This document shows positions 1 to 13,116 of a stretch of 64,000 nucleotides of DNA, piece by piece; positions within the stretch are counted from its first letter, which is position 1; each line of letters starts with the position of its first letter. Under the pieces are notes generated by a model. That model was given only the letters and a program-made list of their open reading frames with translations. It did no database searches and was not told where the DNA came from. The stretch is taken from assembly GCA_951406725.2 (NCBI GenBank), contig OX597815.1, forward strand, positions 133,300,001 through 133,364,000, given 5' to 3'. The translations under genes were made by a program, and so were the position numbers. Source of the DNA: Octopus vulgaris (lineage: Eukaryota).

Positions 1-298
1 TTCATTTTATCAACCCTGAAAGGATGAATGGCCAAGTCAACCTTGGTAGAATTTGAACTCAGAATGCAAGGCCAGATGAAATGCCACTATGCATTTTGCA
101 GCGTGCTAACAATTCAGCCAGTTCACCAAATATATTAATGGGTTGTTAACCTCAGCATTAGTCTGCATGGTTGACAAAAGACTTACACCCCAGTTCATAA
201 TTAACCCTTTCATTACAATATTTCTGTTGAAATGCACTGCCTTTGTTTTAATTAGTTTTGGAAATAATGAAGAATTTAGTAAAATAACATTTTAGTTA

Positions 299-506
299 AT
301 AAAGTTTATATGCCAACAGAATGTGGCAGTCCTATACAGGATGATGTTACTGTTGTTTTAGCCCCAGGAAAAAATAAAACAACAAAAATACAATAGTAAC
401 GTCGTCCTTTATAGGACTGCCATATTCTGTTGGCGTATAAACTTTACTATTCGGTATTGCTACTGTATATCTCTTGCTCAGTGATTTAAAACAAGTTGTT
501 TTTCTC
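299..506. repeat. Hairpin-plus-tail insertion with 14-bp TSD
   Basis: Arms 301-356 and 389-445; TSD TAACATTTTAGTTA at 285-298 and 507-520. Confidence 0.85.
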
Positions 507-699
507 TAACATTTTAGTTATTAAGCTGGTATTTGGGATATAAACCAACATGGAATTTTGATGAAAGCTTTTAATTTAGATCGCTTAAATACAGGAGGTT
601 TATGCCATAGAAATAGAGGCAGTCTCAGATGGATTAATATCAAAGAGAATAAGTTGGTGCTTGAAATATAAATTAAGATGAAATTTTGAAGGAAAGCTT

Positions 700-1240
700 T
701 GTACAGATAAATAAATGTATGTGTGTATAGATAACCAAACATACATATATTTAAGCATGTATGCATTCTTAAACAGATCTATGCATGTATAGACAGATAG
801 AAGCCTTTAAGCATATATAGATATATACATATATATACATGTATGTGTGTAGAGATAGAGGCTTGAATGATATTGTAGATGCATGTATGCACACATAGAA
901 AAACAGTTGTATGCACGTGAAACATATGTGCATATTTATAAATAAATGCATCTGCACATATGTACATGCGTGCAAAGATCTATTTAAGCATACAGGTATT
1001 GCTAGATAGACTTCTGCATATATCCATGTTTGTATGCATGTATAGACAGAAGTACACGTCTCATATTTCCATGCATCAAAGTGTGTATATGTAGATGTAT
1101 GCATAAATGTGTAGATAGATGAATTTGTATGTGTACATAGATGTATAGATAGATGCATGAATGTCTGTATGGACAAGCGTACGTATGCTTGTTTGTATTC
1201 CTGTAGGTACAAATAAATTTATGCATTTACGTATGTAAAT
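700..1240. repeat. Degenerate (TA/TG/CA) microsatellite field
   Basis: Alternating purine-pyrimidine low complexity. Confidence 0.85.
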
Positions 1241-2955
1241 AGAAATTTTCAAACGACACCCCTTCGCTTCTAGGGACATAACTTAATACAAAGTTACCTC
1301 CCTTACATTTTTCATTGACTCTGAAACAGAAAAGTTTGGGCTTTTATTATGTTGAAGTGAAATAAAGCCTTGCAACTTTAGATTTGTATGAAGAATCATG
1401 AATAAGTTTATTGAGGAGTGGAGTTTTGACACAGCTCCCATATTTATTTTCCAGTGTTATTCGTCAAGTTCTATAGGACTTCTATAACAGAACGCCTTCA
1501 TGCTATATAAAGTAGTCGTTATTCCGATATTTTAATAAGTTACTTCCCTTTATGTTAATTTGTTTTACATATTTTTTTCAATTCTAGACGTTCACAATCA
1601 TAATCTAATCGCTCTGCTCCAGTCTACTGGCTCTCTGGAATATTCTCACCATCTTAAAACAGGAGACAGATTAAATATTATTATCCATGCTTTGGTTGCA
1701 AGTCACGCAATCCCAGTCAGCAAAAGTAGAGTAGATCTACATCATGAAGTTAAGTGATCAACTCTTTAGGAAGCAATCACAAGTTTTGCACACTTAAAAA
1801 TGTTGCACTTTTGTCTATTCTGCAAGTATTCTTTGCACTCTATCATGCAGCAACGTTGTTTTCATTATTTTAGTTATTGCTGATACTTAACACCAGGTTG
1901 GTACTGATTAAAAAGACCTATAGCCAGAGGCATTAAAGCCAGGCCCATCCCATTATTTTTCAGGAACAGTGTACCTCAGACTACATCATCTCCTGGTTAC
2001 GACGACGTGGGTTACAGTTGGTCTGATCAACAGAACAATTGGCTCATGAAATTAACATGCAAGTAGCTGAACTCGTGGGGATATAGCATGACAGAAACGT
2101 GACAAAGCTGGCCCTTTGAAATACAGGTACAGCTCATCTTTACCAGCAAGCCTTTTTGATACTAACCCACCTGAGACTGACCCTGGTTTTACAATAAAAT
2201 CATCATGTTTCAAACTGATCCAAATTAAAAACCTTTCATCAAAATTTCATGTTGTGTTTGTGTCCAAATTATAGTTTAATAATGACAGTTATTTTATTGA
2301 ATTCTTTATCATTTTCAAAATTATTTGAAACAAAGGCAATGTATTTCAACAAAAATACGATAGCAAAAGGATTAAAGATGGCAAAATCAAGAGATTTTTC
2401 TACTATTTCTAGCAGAGTAAGTGACCATATAAAGGTAGCCATCTAGAGGGGTGCAGAATTGCAATTAGAGTACACTATGTTTATTTTCTTATCTCATTCA
2501 GTCAGATGATAAATGATTAATTAAAGATTCAGCTAGTATTAGCAACACAGATCATTTTCCATGATCAAATATCTCCAATATTCAAGGTGCTTCACTGGCA
2601 GAATCACAAGGACATTTGTTAGAATACCTTGCAGTAGTTATTCCAGCTCTCCAAGTTCCAATCCTATTGAGTTAAACTTAGCTTTTTTTAGGAGGAGGGG
2701 GAGGGGTGAAGAGGGGAGGAGGATATTTTGAGGCCTGTGACAGACTGGCATCCCATCCCAAAAACAGTTTATTTCTCATTTCTTAAACACCAAGAAATTA
2801 AAATTTAGTACAGGTTCATTAGCCAACCCAAGATATTCACATTACATTTTTCAGACATACGTATGTCTTTTAGATTTGTACCCAAAGTTGTCTAATTATT
2901 ACGAGTGTTAGCAAAATGTTTATTCTTTATTTCATGTCATAGGAATATGTCTTAC

Positions 2956-3087
2956 CTGAGAAGGTGAACCAAGAGTAAAGTTTTCCATATAACTCAAAAT
3001 ACTCAAAAATCTAGGATGACACCCAGCCCATATGTTACCCTCAGGATCAACAGAGATGTTATCAACAAGTGTGTCCAGCATAAATTC
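2956..3087 (-). CDS. PON: PON-like exon 8 (EFMLDTLVDNISVDPEGNIWAGCHP...SPSQ); final exon not found in window
   Basis: TLVDNISVDP (D269/N270) and GCHP (C284/H285) motifs; 132 nt; ttcag and GTAAGA flanks. Confidence 0.95.
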
Positions 3088-5044
3088 CTGAAGAAAAACA
3101 ATATTAAAATAAACACTTTACATACAAACACAATATTTGAGAGGAATTGAAGATTAAATAAACCCAACATGCTTATTTTATTGACCAGCAACACCCTTAA
3201 AGGAAAAGGGCCAGGTAAGTTACAACAAGAACTAAAATCAGAATGAAGAGTTATGCAATTAAACAGTGTAATGCAATTGGTCGGGTCTATTGTTTGTGCC
3301 AACTTCTCACTCTTCCATAAGCAGAACCTCTATGATGTGGCTAATACATTTAGCTTTCAGAAGATAAAGCAGATACTAGCAGAGACAACAGAATCACCCC
3401 AATAAGTTTTATTAATTCAGAGCATTGGACTCGGTTCTCATTATGGGGTAAGAAGAAGCACTCTTATTCAAGAACAGACAATTAACATGGGTGATCTATC
3501 ATTCAACCACAGTAGTGGTTGAATATATTCTTAAGTCCACCATTTTGTCAATTGCAGCAGCTTCCAAACTTCACCATTAATTCAGTTCTCAACTAAACTG
3601 CAAACTGTTAATAGTTTTAAAGAGGACACCTCCTCAGTTACACTTTGGCATAAATAGTTTGAAATTTGGTTCAGTAGAAAAAAAGTTACATCCAAATATC
3701 TGCGACCTCAAGGGGCAGATATTCATCTTCAATTAACATAATTTTTTTAAATTTTAAATTAAAAGTATACCTTTCTTAGGCTTAAATGATAGAAAAATGC
3801 CTGAGGAATTCAAAATCGTTAGGCGCATTGAACAAAAATTAGTAGAAAAAGAGTTATGAGGTAAAATATTACACAATTTCATGTCAGGAAGTAAGGAGTA
3901 ATGCTTAAGCAATAAGAATAAAGAATATATTTCTAAAATGAACATCTACTTTCTAAGATGGCAAGCTGGCAGAAACGTTAGTGCACTGGGCAAACTGCTT
4001 AATGGTATTTCATCTGTTTTTGAGTTCAAATTTCACCAAGGTTGACTTTGATGTACAGATTATTTAATTAATATTTTTTAACTAAACACTTTCAAACTTC
4101 CGATACTGGTAGAATGTGTCACATACAACAGGGTTTACTCTTAACATTTTGGACAAAATTTTGTATTTTAGATGTTATTTCATCAGAAAGTACAGAGTGA
4201 CAATGGGCAAATTTGTGTTTGGTAAGTGCCAACACACGAAACTCAGCTTTTGACTTACTCTCTAACTTCTGCTGATGATATATATATACATATATATATA
4301 TGTGTAAAAAAATCTCATCACAAAATTGAACCAATGAAAGAGCCTCTACCTGTTCGCTCGACATGCTAAAAATAGCAGCCAAAGTATCCCCCTACCAAAA
4401 TCACACACCCATTGTATGTAATATCCTAGATTATCCCTAGAAAGACGGTTTGCTGAAGGCTGGAATGTCTTTGATGATACATTTGTAATATCAGGGTTTA
4501 ATTGAGACTAAATAACATTATGATCAATTTCTATATTAACACCCGCACAATTTTCACTAAGAAAAGAAATTTGATTTTTTGCGTGGAATCAAGTACCCTG
4601 ACCTCCTAATATGTTGCAATTCCCTTATTTTGGTTCGGAAAAAATGAGGTGAAGGGGTTCCCCCCAACAATCCCAGAATCATTGGAAATTTTTTTTTTCA
4701 TTGAATGAACTCCTGTGACTTCCTAATATTGCAAAATTAGGTTACTTAAGATGAGCCTGGTAACTGATGGTTTTTGGGTCTTGTTGTTTGTAACTTTTGG
4801 TGATCCATGGTGCAACCAACAACATCATAAAAATCTCTGCCATTAATTTGGTGCAGATGGGTAATATCAAATAATTCAATAACAACATATATTTATATTA
4901 AACATGAAAAACATTGAAATATTATCATCACTTACATGGAAAAATTGAAATATTATCTTTCAGTATTTTATAAAGTAAAATTTTAAATCATTAATTGACA
5001 CATTATTAATTATCTTATAACAGCAATGCCAAGAAAAATCATGG

Positions 5045-5958
5045 ATTACATTGAAAAATGCAAGCATGAAAAGTCATATTCTTAAGATTATAAACCGGCA
5101 AAAGTACAGGACAAGTTATAACACATGGAAAAGTATAGGATAAGATATTACTTCTAGTAAAGTAAAGAATAAGAAACTTTTTACTTAAAATATTGTAGCT
5201 AAAATTAAAATTTGAATATTAAAACTTATTTTATTATAGTTTACAAGTAACACTATACTTATTTAAGTAGAATTTGGCTAATTTACTACATTAAATACAG
5301 AAAAAAGTGACTAATTAGACAAACTTACAAATCAGCTGAACAGTTTTATACAATAAATTTAAAAGATGAGAACTGTAAAGAGTGATAAATTAGAAGAACT
5401 GGCATTCTTTGCTGCAATATTTTAAGTAAAAAGTTTCTTATTCTTTACTTTACTAGAAGTAATAGCTTGTCCTATACTTTTACAGGTGTAATAACTTGTC
5501 CTGAACTTTTCCAAGTTTATAATCTTAAGAATATGACGGCAGACACCCATAAAATTATCAACCATCGCACAAACAATAACTCTGAGCACCTCTTCAAACT
5601 CCACCCATCTAACACCCATGGACATATTTACAAAGTAAGAAAACAGCACAGCTCCCATAACTTCAGGAAACATTTTTTCACGCTGAGAGTAGCTGAAGCG
5701 TGGAACAAACTGCCAGCATCGGTTGTTAGTTGTCGGAGCACTGCATCCTTCAAAACTTCCATGCTTCCTGAGATTCGCCAACACTACACTTGATTTTCTC
5801 CCCTCCATACACACACAAGCATGTTCACTTTCCAGACATTTCTACATTACTGCATGTACTTTATATGCACTTTCTGACAAGTTGTGGTGCACCTGAGCAC
5901 TGTATACAATAATTTCATTATTATTATTATTATTCATGCTTGCATTTTTCCATGTAAT
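5045..5958. repeat. Inverted repeat (~155-bp arms), right arm split by the CR1 fragment
   Basis: 5045-5199 pairs with 5411-5537 plus 5933-5958. Confidence 0.85.
5538..5933 (+). mobile_element. CR1-like LINE 3' fragment with (ATT)n tail
   Basis: THGHIYK...RKHFFTLRVAEAWNKLP is the typical CR1 ORF2 C-terminus. Confidence 0.85.
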
Positions 5959-6265
5959 AAGAATTGCAGGTGCCTATTTAATACAAGATTTTCTGAGAAC
6001 TGCATCAGTCATAGACAGATTACTGCATATGAAAAGACGGTAGACACAAATAACGAACATCTGTCCAGTCTCTCAAACTGCTATAAATACTCTCTTATAT
6101 CACAACTCTCTTACAAAAAAAGAAGTACATATTAGACAATATGGGCCAAGATATGGTCCACGAGGTGGATATGGCATGAACACTTTTGATCATAGATTTA
6201 AGAGGTTGGGGAAATAAAGCTGCCCCAAACAGATGTAAAACAAATTATTGATAACAAGTACTAAC

Positions 6266-6347
6266 CTGGTGAAATACAAGCCGATTGTCCATGTCACGTT
6301 TAAATACTTTGATATCTTTTGTCATTGAACATGCAACATAGATAAAC
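6266..6347 (-). CDS. PON: PON-like exon 7 (FIYVACSMTKDIKVFKRDMDNRLVFHQ)
   Basis: Similar to PON YVYIAELLAHKIHVYEK; 82 nt; AG/GTTAGT flanks; phase 2 to 0. Confidence 0.9.
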
Positions 6348-6528
6348 CTTTAATAGAGATAACGAAGTTATATTAAACATTGTTATCTAGCAATATCTTT
6401 ACAAACAATTATTTATACTACTGGTATCATCAGCAATTTCTTTATGCATTCAAATTACAGTACATCATCACCATTGTTGTTTAACATCTACCTTCCATGC
6501 TAGCATGGGTATGTTTACATATCATATA

Positions 6529-7282
6529 CAGGGTGCAGTAAATAAATTGTTGTCTAGATTACACAAAAATGAAAATAACACTGACGTTTCATTTTAACAG
6601 ACATATTTACCAAAATTACATAAAAGTATCTTGAAATACTAAAGAGTAAATTTATTCAGTAAAATCACCATTGGCTTCAACCGCAGCCTCCAGACAACAT
6701 TAGAATCTCCTGCAACTCTTCTGGACCATCTCCTTATTTAAGTTGGTGAACACTGCCATAATCCTTGCCATCAGTTCATCTTTGGTATAACAATGAGTTT
6801 TGTTGGTCTCTCATTCAACTGCACCCCACACATAATAATCAAGAGGGTTGCAGTCTGGGGAGTTAGGTGGCCAGATGTTAAGGGTGATGTGGTCACAGAA
6901 ATTGTTTGACAGCCATGACTGGGTTCTCCTGCTAGTGTGGGATGGTGTAGAGACCTGTTACCAGATATAGGGTCTTCCAGCAGCCACCCTCTTGACCCAG
7001 GGCAGCACTACCTCCTCCAGGCACTTTGATGTAGGCCTCCATGTTGAGTCTGAGGCTGTGTGGGGAGATGAATGGAGGCATAACATCACCATCACTAGTG
7101 ATCACTCCAAACACCAAGATGTTGACTGGATGTTTGATTTTTATCACTCTCAGAACATACTTTGGGGACATGGCAAGCCAACAGTCATTCTGTATGTTCA
7201 CCTAGCAGAAATTTTTCTTGTCTGAGAAAAACCAAAGCATGTTCAGTTGAAGGGGATGCTTGAATTTGTTCAAACGCTTCGT
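6529..7282 (-). mobile_element. Tc1/mariner (maT/DD37D-like) 3' fragment
   Basis: WPPNSPDCNPLDYYVWG motif on the minus strand; TA-CAGGGTG end. Confidence 0.8.
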
Positions 7283-7569
7283 AACAGGTACACTTTCAGC
7301 GCACCCTCCTCCACTACTGACTAGGTCACCTAGGTAACAGAAGCTATCAACTACTTCTAGTTTTTCTCCCTGGAATGTGGCGGAAGTTGTTCTCTTCATA
7401 TTTTCAGTGTTTATTGCTCCCGAGCATCTGCCACAAACAAAAACTATCTTCCCAGTTAGCCTTCCTTTGATATTGCTGCACCTCTTATGTGTCCATAGCT
7501 TACACTGGGTACATCTTATAGAGTTTCTACCTACACCTTCTCTATAGATCGAGCAGGGCCATCTACCTG
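7283..7569 (-). mobile_element. RTE LINE fragment (zinc-finger region)
   Basis: GRWPCSI...RCTQCKLWTHKRCS, same family as 27.5-27.8 kb. Confidence 0.9.
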
Positions 7570-7589
7570 TATATATATATATATATATA

Positions 7590-7959
7590 CAGGGTGATTC
7601 AAAAGTCGCAATACATAGGAACAATTTCTTTTTTTATAAGAAACAGTTTATAACAACAGTTTGTTTTTTTTATTTAACAGGCTCTATATGGTTACTATTG
7701 TTTTGAATACACATGGTAATATGTTTACCCCCACTCATTGTGAACTCGTAATAGCACATCTGGTGATACATGTGCAAAGGAGTTGGTGATGTGTTCCTTC
7801 AAATGATTTATGTCTTTTATCTAGCCGCAATACACCATGCCTTTCAAATTCCCCCAAAGATAGAAATCAAGAGGGGTCAGATCAGGTGACTTAGGGGATC
7901 TTATAAACTGCTTCTTATAACATAATTTCTTCCTATGTATGGAGACTTTTGAATCACCT

Positions 7960-7961
<2 letters not shown>
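7590..7961 (-). mobile_element. Tc1/mariner (rosa-like) deletion derivative / MITE
   Basis: TIR CAGGGTGATTCAAAAGTC, inserted in (TA)n, SPDLTPLDFYLWG remnant. Confidence 0.85.
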
Positions 7962-8005
<44 letters not shown>

Positions 8006-8469
8006 CATATACACATACATATATACATACATACACACATACATATATATATGTGCCTGACTCTTTGTCACTAACAACGACAAGTATTCCAGTTGATATG
8101 ATCAAACAAACAGCCTGCTCATGAAATGAGTGTGCACGTGGCTGAGTACTCCACAAACATACATGCCCTTAACATAGTTCATAGAGAGATTCAGTGTGAA
8201 ACAGAGTACATCAAAGATGGCCCTTTGCACTACAGGTACAACTTAATTTTTGCCACCTGAGTAAACTGGAGTAATAACAAATAAAGCGTCTTGCTCAAGG
8301 ACACAACACACTGCCAGGAATTGAACACATGACCTTATGATTGTGAGCCATATATCCCAGCCACTAAGTCACATGCCTTCACACACTCACATATATACAC
8401 ACTTACACACACACACACACATATATACACATACATACTTGGAATTAAAGTGTGTAGAGTGAGGTTGTT

Positions 8470-8831
8470 TCAAAAAGATCAGGATCTCCATGACTGTGTC
8501 AATGAAGATGAAAACTTTTTTGAAAATGGTCATAACAGGTGAAGAATTGTGGATCTATGGCTATGACGCTGAAACCAGCACAAAAATCAAATCCCTGTTG
8601 AAAGGAACAAGATTTCAAGATGTTGAGGAAACCCAAGTGAATGCAGCAAGGCAGCTACTCACTATCCCAAAAGAGGAGTTCCAAGAATACTTCTATCAAC
8701 GGTAAGATCACTGGATAAAGTATATGGTTTCAGAAGGAAACTACTTCAAAAGAGATTAAATGCCAAATTGATATATGATGTAGCTTCCTTTTTGTAGCAC
8801 CAGACCCAATACATTTTGATCAGACCTCACA
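8470..8831 (+). mobile_element. Mariner 3' fragment
   Basis: VITGEELWIYGYD motif; ends in TTGATCAGACCTC, like the TIR of the 41.1 kb element. Confidence 0.7.
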
Positions 8832-8959
8832 TATTTTATGAATGGTCACAGAAATACAATCAACCTGACCTTCAATAACAACTTTTGTATTTACTAATAG
8901 AACACAAGCCTTATCAGTGAAGAATCAAAACACTTGGTAGTTTCAAAGCAACAACTTAC

Positions 8960-9160
8960 TTTTCATCATTTGACATCGCTATGCCATTAGCCATAACTAA
9001 ATCCTCAGCAACCAATCGGTAAACCTCGCCATCATGGTAGTATACATGGGTCCATGGCAAAAGCAATAACATCTCGAGTAATTTGCCAATAAAATTCCTG
9101 TAGTGTGACCAGTTGGTGAAATAGAAGGTTCTGTTGCTGGTAGCTACCACATCATTTACA
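8960..9160 (-). CDS. PON: PON-like exon 6 (VNDVVATSNRTFYFTN...MANGIAMSNDE)
   Basis: ND (N168/D169) and ANGI (N224) Ca-ligand motifs; 201 nt; canonical splice sites. Confidence 0.95.
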
Positions 9161-9353
9161 CTGTAAATAATAAACAATAATACATTAGAAAGAAAAACTA
9201 GATTTTGATTTTTGATTTTCTTTAAATACAATATTTGATGGCATAAAAGATGCACAGACATTTTAGATGCACCACAATTATAGCAGTGCGTATTCAGGGA
9301 AAAAAGTTTTTAATGCATTAACTCTTTACTATTCAGATTGCTCTGTCAAATAT

Positions 9354-9662
9354 GAGAGCACTCCATCGGTTATAACAATGAGGGTCCCAGCTGATACAAT
9401 CAATGGAATAGCTTGCTTGTAAAATTAACATGCAAGTGGCTGAGCACTCCACAGACACATGTACCCTTAAAGGGAGATTCAGCATGACAGAGAGTGTGAC
9501 AAGGCTGGCCCTTTGAAATAAAGGTACTACTCATTTTTGCCAGCTTAGTGGATTGGAACAACATGAAATAAAGTGTCTTGCTCAAGGAAACAATGCATTG
9601 CTGGGAATTGAACTCATGACTTTAAGATCGTGAGCCAGATGCCCTAACCACTAAGCTACACA
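9354..9662 (-). mobile_element. tRNA-SINE family C with 13-bp TSD (others ~2015-2150, 8070-8382, 41980-42095)
   Basis: TSD CTCTGTCAAATAT at 9341-9353 and 9663-9675; A/B boxes at the right end. Confidence 0.85.
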
Positions 9663-10061
9663 CTCTGTCAAATATAATACTTATTTATACACATCGCTTT
9701 GAATTAACCAAGCATTATCTTGTAGGTTTGAGATTTCAATGATGTGACTGTTTATTTTAGAATAATATTGTCAGGTAGGAGTAAGAGGTTGGGTCAGGCC
9801 AGTTTGAACATAAAACAGATAGAACAATCAGGACAGATAAGGCCAGTTTAAATACTAATGGGGTAGAGTATGTCATATTCATAGCAATCAAGGTAACAAG
9901 CTGGTAGATTCATTATCATGCCATGCAACTGGCTCTGGTTCTGAGTACAACTGTCTAGTTTTCATAAGTTTTGAATTAAAATCTTCCACCAAACCTAGTC
10001 ACAATTTACATTCCTAACACTAGCTTAATGATAACTGAGTTATTTTACTAAATTCTTTGTT

Positions 10062-10625
10062 ATCATCATCATCATCATCATCTTTTAACGTCCACTTTCC
10101 ATGCTAGCATGGGTTGGATGTGTGACTGTGGGATGGCGAACCAGATGGCTGCACCAGGCACCAATCTTGATCTGGCAGAGTTTCTACAGCTGGATGCCCT
10201 TCCTAACGCCAATCACTCCGAGAGTGTAGTGGGTGCTTTTACGTGTCACCGGCACGGGGCCAGTCAGGCGGCACTGGCAACAACCTCGCTCGAATCGTTT
10301 ATACATGCCACCGGCGCAGGTGCCAGTAAGGCGATGCTGGTAATGATCACACTCGAATGGTGTTTTTTATGTGCCACCGGCACAGAGGCCAGATGGCCGC
10401 TCTGGCAACGATCACACTCAGATGGTGCTCTTAATACCCTACTAGCATGGGACTCGAGTGCCAGTAGTGCGACGCTGGTAACGATCACGCTCGAATGGTG
10501 CCTTTTAAGTGCCACTGGCAAGGAAGCTGGTTAGCCGCTCTGTCAATGATCACACTCGTATGGTGCTCTTTGCACCCCGCTAGCATGGACGCCAGTCATC
10601 GAATTTGATTTTGATTTTTGATTTT
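10062..10625 (-). mobile_element. RTE 3' UTR-only copy with internal minisatellite (other copies ~14248-14612, 18825-19153, 32440-32710, 42400-42605, 43057-43315, 60672-61003)
   Basis: Same CTGGATGCCCTTCCTAACGCCAACCACTCC block, GTGCCACCGGCAC units and (CAT)n tail as the 3' end of the 26.4 kb RTE. Confidence 0.85.
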
Positions 10626-11238
10626 TATTTAAAGTAATTGAAAGAAACACAGAGCATCTCAAAAATAAATACAGTAATGTAAGGGTTAAATACATTTTAC
10701 TCTGCTAATTTCTGTTCTCTCTCAAGCTTACTCTTGAGTCAATGGGATTTATTTAAAGCTGATATGACATCAGAGTAAGCTCACTCTAGTCTAGAGCTGG
10801 TCCTCCTCTCATCTCTGAATGACTAAAGACATTCAGAGTTATTTGACCAATAACAGAAACCCTTGAGAGGGACTACTCTCCCAGGGCAGAGTGGCCCTAG
10901 AAGTGGTGTCTAAAAGGGTACCTCCCATACTTCCCAAAACTCCTGGATTCATGAGTTGGAGCTTCACCAGACAAATGGTACAATATGTTAATATGAAACA
11001 CTTGACATTGTCTAAAGCTCAACAGACTTACAAAAGAGGCCAAAATGTTCTCTTTTAAAATGAATTCTTTTATTCTTTTATTTGTTTCAGCTGAACAAAT
11101 CAACCCCTGGACTTATTTTTTGTAAGCCTAGTACTTATACTATCGGTCTCTTTTGTTAAAGCACTAAGTTATGGATATGTAAACTCACCAACATTGGCTG
11201 TCAAACAATGGCAGGGGTACAAACACAAACATATATGT

Positions 11239-11286
<48 letters not shown>

Positions 11287-11549
11287 GACAGGCTTCTTTC
11301 AGTTTCCCTCAACCAAATCCACTCACAAGGCTTTGGTCAGCCCGAGGCTATAGTAGAAAACACTTGCCCAAGGTGCCCCGCAGTGGGACTGAACCCCAAA
11401 CTATGTGGTTGGTAAGCAAGCTACTTACCACACAGCCACTCCTGCACCTATGAATAACTAAACAAATAACGAATAAAGATACTCAGGCTCACACTCTGCA
11501 TGATAAGTAAATAGTAAAGTTGATATTAAGAGACACACTTTAATGAACC

Positions 11550-11917
11550 TTCCTTCTTTTGTTTGTTCCTTCCCGAGCCATGCCTGGCTCATAAGGGCCG
11601 GTTTCCCGGTTTCTTGGCATATAGGTTCCCCACCTGGACGGGACAACGGTCCATCGCAGGTGAGCTGCAAGATGCAGTAGGAAAGAGTGAGCTGCAAGAT
11701 GCAGTAGGAAAGAGTGAGCTGCAAGATGCAGTAGGAAAGAGTGAGAGAAGGTTGTGGCAAAAGAGTCAGCAGAAGTTTCACCATTACCTTCTGCCGGAGC
11801 TGCGTGGGGCTTAGGTGTTTCACTCATAAACACACACACCGTCCGGTCTGAGATTCAAACTCTCGATCCCTCGACTGCGAGTCCGCTGCTCTAACCACTT
11901 GACCATGTGCCTCCACT
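11550..11917 (-). mobile_element. tRNA-SINE with V-domain-like core, internal 27-bp triplication and 13-bp TSD
   Basis: TSD ACTTTAATGAACC at 11537-11549 and 11918-11930; CCTGCGATGGAC..GTCCCGTCCAGG block; 3x GTGAGCTGCAAGATGCAGTAGGAAAGA at 11660-11745. Confidence 0.85.
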
Positions 11918-12816
11918 ACTTTAATGAACCAAGAAATTTTGAATTTATTAAAATGACACTTTTAGTGAATAAAGAGAATCATTAGCTTAATCCTGTTCTA
12001 GTTAATAAAGGCAAGTAAAACAACACCAAAAGTTTAATTAATTAAATTTGGTTCAAAATAGAAGGTGGGCAATGAAGTGGGGAGTGAGTCTGACCATGAC
12101 CAAATGGTAACAACTGCAGGCTCACTGTGCACTAAGTAGACTAGCAGTGACATTACAAACAAATACTTACTTTATAAGTTTCAATCACTGGACTGTGGCC
12201 ATACTAGGGCACCACCTTGAAGAATTTTGGTCAAGCAAAGCACCACTCTGTGCTTATCTTTTATTTTAAAATCTGCTACATTCATGTATCTTTTATTTAT
12301 TCCTGTGATTAGACTGAGGCCATGCTGGAGCACCACCTTGAAGAGTTTTAGTCAAATGAATCAATCCCAGAACTTTATGTTTTTTAAGCCTAGTACTTAT
12401 TCTATCGGTCTCTTTTACCAAACCGCTAAGTTACAGGGACATAAACACACTATCACCAGTTGTCAAGCGGTGAGGGGCGGGGAGACAAACACAGACAACA
12501 ATGACATAGATATATGCATATATATACAACAGGCTTCTTTTAGTTTCTGTCCTCCAAATCCACTCCCAAGGTTTTGGTTGGCTTAAGGCAATAGCAGAAG
12601 ACAGTTACCCAATGTTCCACACAGTGGGACTGAACCCAGAGCCATGTGGTTGGGAAGCAAGCTTCTTACCACACAGCCACATGTGATGATGCTTTTCAGT
12701 TAAATCCTACAAAAGCTAAAATATGCCAATAAAAAACAAAACAAAATAAATAAGCACAACATAGATCTCTTCTTTAAAAAAAAAAGTAGAAGGAAAATAT
12801 AAGAAAAAAAGCTAAC

Positions 12817-12940
12817 TTTCTCATGCTGCCATCTTTAAATGAAGTTACGTGTCGAAGTGCTTTTTTCTCTGGAAGATATTCGAAGGACTCGATTTGGTCT
12901 CCTTTCACCAAATGATTTACCACAAAAACAGTGACTTTTC
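12817..12940 (-). CDS. PON: PON-like exon 5 (KVTVFVVNHLVKGDQIESFEYLPEKKALRHVTSFKDGSMR)
   Basis: VVNH motif (H134); 124 nt; AG/GT flanks; absent from the ORF track but phases fit. Confidence 0.92.
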
Positions 12941-13116
12941 CTTTATGAATATATCAATCAATTCAAAAATAAAACAAAGATCAAAAGAATGATGTAATGT
13001 ATACATGTATGGAAATAATACAATTTACAATATTACTCAGGCCAAGAGGACATGTCTGGAAAGAACAGAAGATAGAGATATAAAACCACGAGAAAGTAGA
13101 ACAATTATAAATAGTT

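Noticed and set aside
521-1279. Cluster of ORFs rich in Y/I/H/T/C/M
   Set aside because: Translations of degenerate dinucleotide microsatellite; the same applies to the many YIYIYI ORFs elsewhere
1-2955. Search for the final PON exon (expected ...L.IGT...YCEL-like end)
   Set aside because: No open, splice-flanked match found; GTLF-like hit at ~1970 is preceded by an in-frame stop. The exon probably lies left of the window
11660-11745. CRISPR-like array (also 10240-10600, 44344-44621)
   Set aside because: Tandem units without unique spacers, eukaryotic context, no cas genes
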